DNA of 64,000 bases, from positions 112,731 to 176,730 of the forward strand of contig JAWLBM010000002.1 in NCBI GenBank assembly GCA_041687675.1, given 5' to 3'. How positions within the stretch are numbered: the stretch's first letter is position 1; the number at the start of each line of letters is the position of its first letter. Below, piece after piece: positions 54,774 to 64,000 of the stretch. Source of the DNA: Pleomorphomonas sp. (GTDB lineage: Bacteria; Pseudomonadota; Alphaproteobacteria; Rhizobiales; Pleomorphomonadaceae). The translations under genes were made by a program, and so were the position numbers. Under the pieces are notes generated by a model. The model worked only from the letters and a program-made list of their open reading frames with translations, searched no databases and was not told where the DNA came from.

Positions 54774-55709
54774 ATGGCGCGTGCCGACGTCGTGGTGCTT
54801 GGGATCTTCGTCGCGGACCTGGCCTTCCGGGCCCCGCGGCTGCCGGTGATGGGCGAGACCATCCTCGGCCACGGCTTCGCCATGGGGCCGGGCGGCAAGG
54901 GCTCGAACCAGGTGATCGCGGCTGCCCGCGCCGGCGGCCGGGCGGCGATGATCACCCGCCTCGGCCGCGACGCCTTCGGCGAGATCGCCGAGAGGGCCTG
55001 GAGCGCGGACGGGGTCGACACCGCGTCGGTCACCCTCGACCCCGACAATCCCACCGGCGCGGCCTTCATCTTCGTCTCCACCGAGACCGGCAACAACGCC
55101 ATCATCGTGGAGAGCGGCGCGGCGGGGCGGATCTCGCCGGAGGACGTCCGCGGCGCGGAGGATCTGATCCGCGGCGCGAAGGTGTTCGTCACCCAGTTCG
55201 AGCAGCCGATTCCGGCGGCCATGGAGGGCCTGTCGATCGCCCGCCGGCACGGGGTCACCACCATCCTCAACCCCGCCCCGGCGGTGCCGGTCGACGACGA
55301 GATCTTCCCGCTCTGCGACTACGTCACCCCGAACGAGACTGAGGCGGCGGCGCTGACCGGCATCCCGGTGGAGACGGTCGAGGACGCCCGCAGGGCGGCC
55401 GCCGACCTCGTCCGCCGCGGCGCCCGCAACGCGCTGATCACCCTCGGCGAGAAGGGCGCCCTGCTCCACGGCGCCGACGGCGACCACATGGTGCCGGCGA
55501 TCAGGGTGGCGAAGGTGGTCGACACCACCGGCGCCGGCGACGCCTTCAACGCCGGCTTCGCGGTGGCGCTCGCCGAGGGCAAGGCCCCGGCCGAGGCGGT
55601 CCGCTTCGGCTGCGTGCTCGCCGGCCTCTCGGTGCAGAAGCCCGGCACCGCGCCGTCGATGCCGACGCGCGCGGAGATCGAGGCGGCGCTGGCGGAGACC
55701 CCGGCATGA
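54774..55709 (+). CDS. rbsK: Ribokinase (PfkB family carbohydrate kinase)
   Basis: 311 aa. GG motif (GPGGKGSNQ), DTTGAGDAFNAGFA anion hole/catalytic Asp. Confidence 0.8.
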   Translation: MARADVVVLGIFVADLAFRAPRLPVMGETILGHGFAMGPGGKGSNQVIAAARAGGRAAMITRLGRDAFGEIAERAWSADGVDTASVTLDPDNPTGAAFIFVSTETGNNAIIVESGAAGRISPEDVRGAEDLIRGAKVFVTQFEQPIPAAMEGLSIARRHGVTTILNPAPAVPVDDEIFPLCDYVTPNETEAAALTGIPVETVEDARRAAADLVRRGARNALITLGEKGALLHGADGDHMVPAIRVAKVVDTTGAGDAFNAGFAVALAEGKAPAEAVRFGCVLAGLSVQKPGTAPSMPTRAEIEAALAETPA

Positions 55710-56608
55710 CCGACGTCCTGCAGTCCGATTCCATCCGCGCCCGGGACCCGATGAAGCACGTCTTCATCTGGCCGGCGGTGCTCGTGGTGCTGGCGGTGGC
55801 GATCTTCCCGCTGATCTACTCGCTGACCACCTCCTTCATGAGCTTCCGCCTGGTGCCGCCGACGCCGCCGCGCTTCGTCGGGCTCGGCAACTACGGCGAC
55901 CTGCTGCAGAACCCGCGCTTCTGGCAGGTGATCGGCACCACCTCGCTGATCGCCTTCGTCTCCGTCGCGCTGCAGTATGTGATCGGCTTCGCGGTCGCCC
56001 TGGCGCTGCAGGCGCGCATCCCCGGCGAGCGGCTGTTCCGGGTCAGCTTCCTGCTGCCGATGCTCGTGGCCCCGGTGGCGGTGGCCCTGATCGCCCGGCA
56101 GATGTTCAACCCGACGATGGGGCCGCTCAACCAGTTCATGAGCCTCCTCGGCTTCCCGAACCTTCCCTACCTCACCACCACGGAATGGGCGCTCGGCGCC
56201 ATCATCGCCGTCGAGGTCTGGCAGTGGACGCCCTTCGTCATCCTGATGATGCTGGCCGGCCTGCAGACCCTGCCGGGCGACGTCTACGAGGCGGCGGAAC
56301 TGGAGAACGCGACGCCCTGGCAGCAGTTCTGGGGCATCACATTCCCGCTGATGCTGCCGATCTCCGTGGCGGTCGTCTTCATCCGCCTGATCGAGAGCTA
56401 CAAGATCCTCGACACCGTCTTCGTGATGACCGGCGGCGGGCCGGGCATCTCCACGGAGACGCTGACGCTGTTCGCCTACCAGGAGGGATTCAAGAAGTTC
56501 AACCTCGGCTACACCTCGGCGCTGAGCTTCCTGTTCCTCATCGTCATCACCGTCATCGGCGTCGTCTACCTCGCCATCCTCAAGCCGACCCTGGAGAAGC
56601 ACAGATGA
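55706..56608 (+). CDS. Carbohydrate ABC transporter permease (MalF/UgpA-like, CUT1 family)
   Basis: 300 aa, six TM segments. ATGA overlap with the rbsK stop. Confidence 0.8.
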   Translation: MTDVLQSDSIRARDPMKHVFIWPAVLVVLAVAIFPLIYSLTTSFMSFRLVPPTPPRFVGLGNYGDLLQNPRFWQVIGTTSLIAFVSVALQYVIGFAVALALQARIPGERLFRVSFLLPMLVAPVAVALIARQMFNPTMGPLNQFMSLLGFPNLPYLTTTEWALGAIIAVEVWQWTPFVILMMLAGLQTLPGDVYEAAELENATPWQQFWGITFPLMLPISVAVVFIRLIESYKILDTVFVMTGGGPGISTETLTLFAYQEGFKKFNLGYTSALSFLFLIVITVIGVVYLAILKPTLEKHR

Positions 56609-57633
56609 GCGCGCTGGGCGGCGGTTCGACCGGACGGCGGCTGGCCCTGATCGGCTGCCTCCTCTGGTTCGCCTTCACGATCTTCCCGCTCTATTGGATC
56701 TTCATCACCTCGTTCAAGTCGCCGCCGGCGGTGAACGGGGGGCCCACCTACCTTCCCTTCATCGACTTCGAGCCGACGCTGGACGCCTGGCGCGACCTCT
56801 TCTCCGGCACCCGCGGGCAGTTCTTCAGCAACACCCTCGCCTCCACCATCGTCGGCCTCTCGGCCTCGGTGCTGGCGACGGCGGTCGGGGCGATGGCGGC
56901 CTACGCGCTGGTGCGCTTCCCCTTCCGCGTCCGCCTGGGCGCCGGCCTCGCCTTCGTCGCGGTCGCGCTCGGGGGCTACATCGTGGGGCACAACTGGCTC
57001 GGGCTCGGCCGCGCCGAGGCGCTGATCTGGTCCTTCGTCGCCGCGCTGGTGGTGTCGATCCTCGCCAACCGGATGCGGCTTCCCGGACCGGTGCTCGGCA
57101 ACGGCGACATCGTCTTCTGGTTCGTCAGCCAGCGCATGTTCCCGCCCATCGTCACCGCCTTCGCGCTGTTCCTGATGTACACCGAGGTCGGGCGCATGGG
57201 CTTCAAGCTGGTGGACACCTACATCGGCCTGACGCTGGCCTACGTCGCCTTCTCCCTGCCGATCGTGATCTGGCTGATGCGCGACTTCTTCGCCGCGCTG
57301 CCGGTCGAGGTCGAGGAGGCGGCGATGGTCGACAACGTGCCGTCCTGGCGGATCTTCTTCGGCATCGTGCTGCCCATGTCGGTGCCGGGCCTCGCCGCCA
57401 CCTTCATGATCACCCTCGCCTTCGTCTGGAACGAGTTCCTCTTCGCGCTCTTCCTGACGAACTCCAGGTGGCAGACGCTTCCCATCCTCGTCGCCGGCCA
57501 GAACAGCCAGCGCGGCGACGAATGGTGGGCGATCGCCGCCGCCGCCCTGATCGCCATCATCCCGATGATGGTCATGGCGGCCGCCCTCAGCAGGCTGATG
57601 CGGTCCGGCCTGCTGCTCGGCGCCATCAAGTGA
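56605..57633 (+). CDS. Carbohydrate ABC transporter permease (MalG/UgpE-like)
   Basis: 342 aa. Start at an internal Met of ORF 56185..57633, ATGA overlap with the upstream permease. EAA loop ...EVEEAAMVDNVPSWRIFFGIVLP. Confidence 0.8.
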   Translation: MSALGGGSTGRRLALIGCLLWFAFTIFPLYWIFITSFKSPPAVNGGPTYLPFIDFEPTLDAWRDLFSGTRGQFFSNTLASTIVGLSASVLATAVGAMAAYALVRFPFRVRLGAGLAFVAVALGGYIVGHNWLGLGRAEALIWSFVAALVVSILANRMRLPGPVLGNGDIVFWFVSQRMFPPIVTAFALFLMYTEVGRMGFKLVDTYIGLTLAYVAFSLPIVIWLMRDFFAALPVEVEEAAMVDNVPSWRIFFGIVLPMSVPGLAATFMITLAFVWNEFLFALFLTNSRWQTLPILVAGQNSQRGDEWWAIAAAALIAIIPMMVMAAALSRLMRSGLLLGAIK

Positions 57634-57668
57634 CCGCCGCAACGAGAAAGTCACCAGGGGAGCGAACC

Positions 57669-59126
57669 ATGAAGAAGCATCTGTTGGGCACGGCGGCCGC
57701 GGCCGTCCTAGTCGCCGCGGCATCAAACGCGAGCGCCCAGACCTGCGATCCGGACTACAGCGGCGTCACGCTGACCGCCGCGTCGCAGACCGGCCCCTAC
57801 ATCGCCTCCGCGCTGCAGCTCGCGGCCGAGGAGTGGACGAAGAAGACCTGCGGCACGGTCAACGTCGTGGAGTTCCCCTGGTCGGAGCTCTATCCGAAGA
57901 TCGTCACGTCGCTGACCTCGGGCGAGGACACCTTCGACCTGATCACCTTCGCCCCGGCCTGGTCGCCCGACTTCACCGACTTCCTGTCGGAAGTGCCGGA
58001 GGCGATGCGCAGCGGCGAGACCTGGAACGACATCGCCCCGGTCTACCGCGACCGCCTGATGGTGTGGAACGGCAAGACGCTGTCGCAGACCATCGACGGC
58101 GACGTGCACACCTACTACTACCGCACGGATCTCTTCGAAGATCCCGCGGAGCAGGAGGCCTTCAAGGCGAAGTACGGCCGCGACCTCGCCCCGCCGGCGA
58201 CCTGGGACGAGTACCTCGAGGTGGCCGAGTTCTTCCAGCGGCCGGACGACGGCCTGTGGGGCAGCGCGGCGGCCTACCGTCGCGGCGGCCAGCAGTTCTG
58301 GTTCCTGTTCTCGGTGGCCGCGGCCTACGCCGCCCATCCGGACCACCCGGGCTCGTTCTTCTTCGACCCGGAGACCATGGACGCCCAGGTCAACAACGAG
58401 GGCTGGGTGAAGGGCCTCGAGACCTACATCGCGACCTCCAAGGTGTCCCCGCCGAACGCGCTGCAGTTCTCCTTCGGCGAGACCATCGCCGCCCACGCCG
58501 GCGGCCAGGTCGCGCAGTCCTGGGGCTGGGGCGACACCGGCACGGTGGTGGCCGACCCGAAGCAGTCGAAGGTGCCGGGCACCATCGGCTCGACGCTGCT
58601 GCCGGGCTCCACGCAGGTCTGGAACTACAAGACCGGCCAGTGGGACGAATACCCGGAGGTCGTCCGCTCGCCGTTCATGGCGTTCGGCGGCTGGCAGGCG
58701 GCGGTGCCGCAGTCCTCCAACAACCAGGAGGCGGCCTGGAACTTCATCGAGTTCATGAGCTCGCCCGAGATCTCCGGCAAGGCGGCGATCACCGGCGGAA
58801 CGGGCATCAACCCGTACCGCACGTCGCACTTCAAGGACCTGTCGCTGTGGACCTCGATCATGTCCGAGCCGGAGGCGAAGAGCTACCTCGCCGCCCAGGA
58901 GGGCTCGCTGGCGGCCGACAACGTCGTCCTCGACATGCGCCTGCCGGGCTACTTCTCCTACACCGAGGTGCTGGAGATCGAGCTCTCCAAGGCGCTGGCC
59001 GGCGACGTCACCGCGCAGGAGGCGCTCGACACCGTCGCGGCGGAATGGAACCGCCTCACCGACGAGTTCGGGCGTGACAGCCAGCTCACGGCCTACCGCG
59101 CCGCGATGGGCCTGCCCCCGCTCTGA
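57669..59126 (+). CDS. Extracellular solute-binding protein, family 1 (sugar SBP)
   Basis: 485 aa. Signal peptide [23 protein letters not shown]. Start at an internal Met of ORF 56694..59126. Confidence 0.8.
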   Translation: MKKHLLGTAAAAVLVAAASNASAQTCDPDYSGVTLTAASQTGPYIASALQLAAEEWTKKTCGTVNVVEFPWSELYPKIVTSLTSGEDTFDLITFAPAWSPDFTDFLSEVPEAMRSGETWNDIAPVYRDRLMVWNGKTLSQTIDGDVHTYYYRTDLFEDPAEQEAFKAKYGRDLAPPATWDEYLEVAEFFQRPDDGLWGSAAAYRRGGQQFWFLFSVAAAYAAHPDHPGSFFFDPETMDAQVNNEGWVKGLETYIATSKVSPPNALQFSFGETIAAHAGGQVAQSWGWGDTGTVVADPKQSKVPGTIGSTLLPGSTQVWNYKTGQWDEYPEVVRSPFMAFGGWQAAVPQSSNNQEAAWNFIEFMSSPEISGKAAITGGTGINPYRTSHFKDLSLWTSIMSEPEAKSYLAAQEGSLAADNVVLDMRLPGYFSYTEVLEIELSKALAGDVTAQEALDTVAAEWNRLTDEFGRDSQLTAYRAAMGLPPL

Positions 59127-59227
59127 CCCGACCACGGACCGCGGCGGCTCCCCGCCGCGGTCCATCCACCCGGAACGAGACGGCGTCCGGCCCGAAAGGC
59201 CGCGTCCACCCGCAAAGAACGAGATCC

Positions 59228-60313
<1,086 letters not shown>

Positions 60314-60482
60314 CGCCGGCCGGGCGGCGGGAGCCGCACGCGGCGTCCACGGCGAACGCCGGAGTCCGGGCCCCGCCGGCCCGGGCGCGGCGACCATGGG
60401 CCGGATCCGGCGTTCGCTGGAACGACCTGGCCCCGGAGTTGGCCTCCGGGCGCCGATCGCAATGCCTGTCGGGGATACGCCC

Positions 60483-60617
60483 TTACTGGGCCACGTCCTC
60501 CACGGCGTTCGCGGTCTCCTGAACGTCCTGCCCGGCGCCGCGGATGGTGTTCTCACAGCCGGCGAGGGCCATTCCGGCCGCGAGCAACAGGGCGAGAGCT
60601 TTGATCTTGCTTGGCAT
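60483..60617 (-). CDS. Entericidin A/B family small lipoprotein
   Basis: 44 aa MPSKIKALALLLAAGMALAGCENTIRGAGQDVQETANAVEDVAQ. Lipobox LAGC, AGGAGA RBS. It is the 3' end of artefactual ORF 60483..60992. Confidence 0.7.
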   Translation of the reverse strand: MPSKIKALALLLAAGMALAGCENTIRGAGQDVQETANAVEDVAQ

Positions 60618-60876
60618 GAAATCTTCTCCTCTTGGAAGGTTTCCCGGCGACGACCGCCCCCGCACGCGCCGGCCACACGGATAAAGACAGTCGAGCCCGG
60701 CCGTTTGTTCCTTCACATGGCGACCATTGCGAAGCCGGGGCATCGGGATCCTCCTCGATTGGCCACGAGAAACGGTCGACAGCCCGGCCCGGTCGCGACG
60801 ACTTGATCGCCACGCGCGGCCTCGTGAAGGTGGAGGTCGCTCCGGTCCGCTATCTGTGGGGCCAAGGAGATCACGG

Positions 60877-61746
60877 ATGGCGTCGGGCGCACTTCCCTGG
60901 ACGGATGCATCGGGCCGGCTTTCGGCCCTGAAGGCCGTCGTCTTCGCGGCGACGCTGGCCCCGGGCGTCCTGATCGCGGCGGCGCTCGCCACGGGAAACG
61001 CCGGGCCCCGCCCCTACGATTTCGCGGTCCACGAGACCGGCGAGTGGACCGTGCGCTTCCTCCTGGCGAGTCTCGCCGTGACGCCACTGCGACGGATCCT
61101 CGACTGGGGCCGCCTGATCCAGGTCCGGCGGATGCTGGGGCTCGCCGCGCTTTCCTATGCGCTCGCGCACTTCGCCCTCTACGTGATCGACCAGCAGTTC
61201 AACCTGGTGAAGGTGGCGAGCGAGATCGTGCTGCGCGTCTATCTCACGATCGGGTTCGCGGCCCTGCTCGGCCTTGTCGCCCTCGGGGTCACGTCGACCG
61301 ATGCGGCGATCCGGCGGATGGGCCGCGCCTGGTCGCGGCTCCACCGGATCGTCTACGCGATCGGGGTGCTCGGCCTCCTGCACTACTTCATGCAGACGAA
61401 GCTCGACGTCGCGCTGCCCACCTTCTACGCGGGGCTGTTCCTGCTGCTGATGGGCTACCGCGCGGCCCACGCCGCCGGCTGGACGCTCTCCGCCCCGGTG
61501 CTGGCCGTCATCGCGGTTCTCGGCGCCGCCGCCACCATGGGGGTCGAATATGCCTGGTTCGCCAGCGCGACCAATGTGCCGGCGGATCGCGTCTTCCTCG
61601 CCAACTTCACCCTCGCCGGCGGGGTCCGGCCCGCCTGGTGGGTGGGCCTCGCCGGGCTCGCGGTCGCGGCCGCCGCCTTCGCCCGCGGCGGCCTCTCGGG
61701 CACGCGAACGGCGGCGCCGCGGGTCCGCCGGGCGCCGGCGGGCTGA
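60877..61746 (+). CDS. Ferric-reductase-like transmembrane protein (MsrQ/YedZ-like heme-binding subunit)
   Basis: 289 aa, six predicted TM helices with conserved His (ALAHFALYV, LLHYFMQ). AAGGAG RBS. No msrP/yedY partner in this window. Confidence 0.6.
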   Translation: MASGALPWTDASGRLSALKAVVFAATLAPGVLIAAALATGNAGPRPYDFAVHETGEWTVRFLLASLAVTPLRRILDWGRLIQVRRMLGLAALSYALAHFALYVIDQQFNLVKVASEIVLRVYLTIGFAALLGLVALGVTSTDAAIRRMGRAWSRLHRIVYAIGVLGLLHYFMQTKLDVALPTFYAGLFLLLMGYRAAHAAGWTLSAPVLAVIAVLGAAATMGVEYAWFASATNVPADRVFLANFTLAGGVRPAWWVGLAGLAVAAAAFARGGLSGTRTAAPRVRRAPAG

Positions 61747-61749
61747 CCG

Positions 61750-64000
61750 TCAGCGCCGCCGGTCGAAGCGCGAGCCGCCCTTGGCGCCGCGGCCCTTGGC
61801 CTTGAAGCTGGACACCGCCGGGTAGCTCGACCGCTTCACCGGCTCCGCCTTCGGCGGCTCGGGCGTGGCGGGCATCGCCAGGGTGACGGGCTCGCCCTTG
61901 CCGGCCTCGTCGACCATGCGGGCCAGGCGGACCAGCACCGCCGCGGCGCCCTTCAGCCGCTGCTCAGGCTCCGGCCAGTCGCGGATCAGCACCACCTTCT
62001 GGTCGGGGCGGATCTTCGCCAGGATCCCCTGCTCGCCGATGTAGCGGACCAGCGCGGCCGGGTTCTCGAACTTGCCGTCGCGGAAGCCGATGACGATGCC
62101 CTTCGGGCCGGCGTCGATCTTCTCCACGTTGGTCTTGCGGCAGAGCACCTTGATCGCGACGATCTTGAGGAGATGATCCACCTCCTCCGGCATCGGGCCG
62201 AAGCGGTCGACCAGTTCGGCGCCGAAGCCGTCGATGGCGGCTGAGTCCTCCAGTTCCGCCAGCCGGCGGTAGAGGCCGAGCCGCACCGGCAGGTCCGGCA
62301 CGTAGCTCTCCGGGATCATCACCGGCGTGCCGACGGTGATCTGCGGCGACCACTGGTCGTCGGTCAGGCTCTCGTCGCCGCTCTTCAGCGCCGCCACCGC
62401 CTCCTCCAGCATCTGCTGGTAGAGCTCGTAGCCGACCTCCCTGATGTGGCCGTGCTGCTCCTCGCCGAGCAGGTTGCCGGCGCCGCGGATGTCGAGGTCG
62501 TGGCTCGCCAGCTGGAAGCCGGCGCCGAGGCTGTCGAGGCTTTGCAGCACCTTCAGCCGCCGCTCCGCCGTCGGCGTCAGCCGCCGCTCCGGCGGCACGG
62601 TGAAGAGAGCATAGGCGCGGGTCTTCGACCGGCCGACGCGGCCCTTCAGCTGGTAGAGCTGGGCGAGGCCGAACATGTCGGCGCGGTAGACGACGAGCGT
62701 GTTGGCGGTGGGGATGTCGAGGCCCGACTCGACGATGGTGGTCGACAGCAGCACGTCGTACTGGCCCTCGTAGAAGGCGTTCATGACGTCGTCGAGCTCG
62801 CCCGCCGCGATCTGGCCGTGGGCGACGGCGACCTTCACCTCCGGCACGTGCCGCTCGAGGAACTCGCGCTGCTCGGCGAGATCGCTCACCCGGGGGCAGA
62901 CGTAGAAGGCCTGGCCGCCGCGGTACTTCTCGCGCAGCAGCGCCTCGCGCACGGTGAGCGGGTCGAAGGGCGTCACGAAGGTGCGCACCGCGAGGCGGTC
63001 GACGGGTGCTGTCGCGATCAGCGACAGTTCCCGGACGCCCGTCAGCGCCAGCTGCAGGGTGCGCGGGATCGGCGTCGCCGACAGCGTCAGCACGTGGACG
63101 TCCGCCTTCAGCTCCTTCAGCCGCTCCTTGTGCTTGACCCCGAAGTGCTGCTCCTCGTCGATGATCAGCAGGCCGAGGTCGTGGAAGGCGGTTCCCTTGG
63201 CGAGCAGCGCGTGGGTGCCGACCACGATGTCCACCGTGCCGTCGGCAAGGCCCGCCTTGGTCGCCGCGAGATCCTTCGCCGACACCAGCCGCGAGGCCTG
63301 CTCCACCCGGACCGGCAGGCCCCTGAAGCGCTCGGAGAAGGTCCGGTAGTGCTGGCGGGCGAGCAGGGTCGTCGGCACGACGACCGCGACCTGGCGTCCG
63401 CTCATCGCCGCCATGAAGGCCGCGCGCAGCGCCACCTCGGTCTTGCCGAAGCCGACGTCGCCGCAGACGAGTCGGTCCATCGGCCGGCCCGCGCCGAAGT
63501 CCTCCATCACCGCGGCGATCGCGTTCAGCTGGTCGTCTGTCTCGTCGTAGGGGAAGCGGGCGGCGAACTCGTCGTAGACGCCTTCGGGCGGCAGCAGCAC
63601 CGGCGCCGGGCGCAGCGCCCGGGCGGCGGCCGTCTTGATCAGCTCCCCGGCCATCTCGAGGATGCGCTTCTTCATGCGCGCCTTGCGCGCCTGCCAGGCC
63701 CCGCCGCCGAGCTTGTCGAGCTGCGCCTCGGTATCCTCCGAACCGTAGCGCGACAGGAGCTCGATGTTCTCCACCGGCAGGAACAGCCGGTCGCCGCCGG
63801 CGTACTGGATCTCCAGGCAGTCGTGCGGCGCCCCGGCCGCCTCGATCGTCTTCAGGCCGACGAAGCGGCCGATGCCGTGGTCGACGTGGACGACGAGGTC
63901 GCCCTCCCCCAGCGCCGCCACCTCGGTGAGGAAGTTCTGCGCGCGCTTGCGGGCGCGGGCGCCGCGGATCAGCCGGTCGCCGAGCACGTCCTGCTCGGCG
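61750..64000 (-). CDS. mfd: Transcription-repair coupling factor Mfd (C-terminal ~745 aa; the N-terminus lies beyond the window end)
   Basis: Superfamily-2 helicase motifs (LVCGDVGFGKTEVALRAA, DEEQHFG, LTLSATPIPRTL), TRCF C-terminal domain, stop at 61750. Confidence 0.88.
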   Translation of the reverse strand, partial: AEQDVLGDRLIRGARARKRAQNFLTEVAALGEGDLVVHVDHGIGRFVGLKTIEAAGAPHDCLEIQYAGGDRLFLPVENIELLSRYGSEDTEAQLDKLGGGAWQARKARMKKRILEMAGELIKTAAARALRPAPVLLPPEGVYDEFAARFPYDETDDQLNAIAAVMEDFGAGRPMDRLVCGDVGFGKTEVALRAAFMAAMSGRQVAVVVPTTLLARQHYRTFSERFRGLPVRVEQASRLVSAKDLAATKAGLADGTVDIVVGTHALLAKGTAFHDLGLLIIDEEQHFGVKHKERLKELKADVHVLTLSATPIPRTLQLALTGVRELSLIATAPVDRLAVRTFVTPFDPLTVREALLREKYRGGQAFYVCPRVSDLAEQREFLERHVPEVKVAVAHGQIAAGELDDVMNAFYEGQYDVLLSTTIVESGLDIPTANTLVVYRADMFGLAQLYQLKGRVGRSKTRAYALFTVPPERRLTPTAERRLKVLQSLDSLGAGFQLASHDLDIRGAGNLLGEEQHGHIREVGYELYQQMLEEAVAALKSGDESLTDDQWSPQITVGTPVMIPESYVPDLPVRLGLYRRLAELEDSAAIDGFGAELVDRFGPMPEEVDHLLKIVAIKVLCRKTNVEKIDAGPKGIVIGFRDGKFENPAALVRYIGEQGILAKIRPDQKVVLIRDWPEPEQRLKGAAAVLVRLARMVDEAGKGEPVTLAMPATPEPPKAEPVKRSSYPAVSSFKAKGRGAKGGSRFDRRR

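Overview
This window reads as high-GC (~70%) alphaproteobacterial (Rhizobiales-like) chromosomal backbone: the genes are mostly housekeeping (lolCD, proS, smpB, dapA, recJ, glpX, hom, rpsI/rplM, scpAB, nagZ, argS, dgt, erpA, xthA, guaA, guaB, rsmB, rlmE, ppx, mfd), densely packed, and often translationally coupled through ATGA/GTGA overlaps. Interspersed with these are a 1,824-aa thioester-type alpha-2-macroglobulin with an N-terminal PAN/Apple domain, a class I PHA synthase, and two ABC transporters, one of which sits in a ribose-utilisation cluster (LacI-rbsD-rbsK plus a CUT1-type transporter). There are also an entericidin lipoprotein, a SPOR protein, a Sel1-repeat protein and an orphan RimK-like ATP-grasp ligase. 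The only clearly accessory segment is a ~2.2 kb islet (40.8-42.45 kb) between phhB and guaA that holds two tandem VapBC-type toxin-antitoxin pairs and a degraded ORF. Non-coding curiosities are two tandem tRNA-like elements with normal D/T arms but aberrant anticodon arms (47.14-47.29 kb), a low-GC intergenic segment ending in a strong plus-strand terminator between proS and smpB (candidate sRNA), and a REP/MITE-like palindromic repeat cluster at 49.67-49.84 kb. Many very long ORFs on the supplied track are GC-bias artefacts lying antisense or out of frame to the real genes, and were rejected. I found no CRISPR array, integrase or transposase. Start coordinates were derived from ORF-track frames plus residue counting, and some may be off by 1-3 nt.
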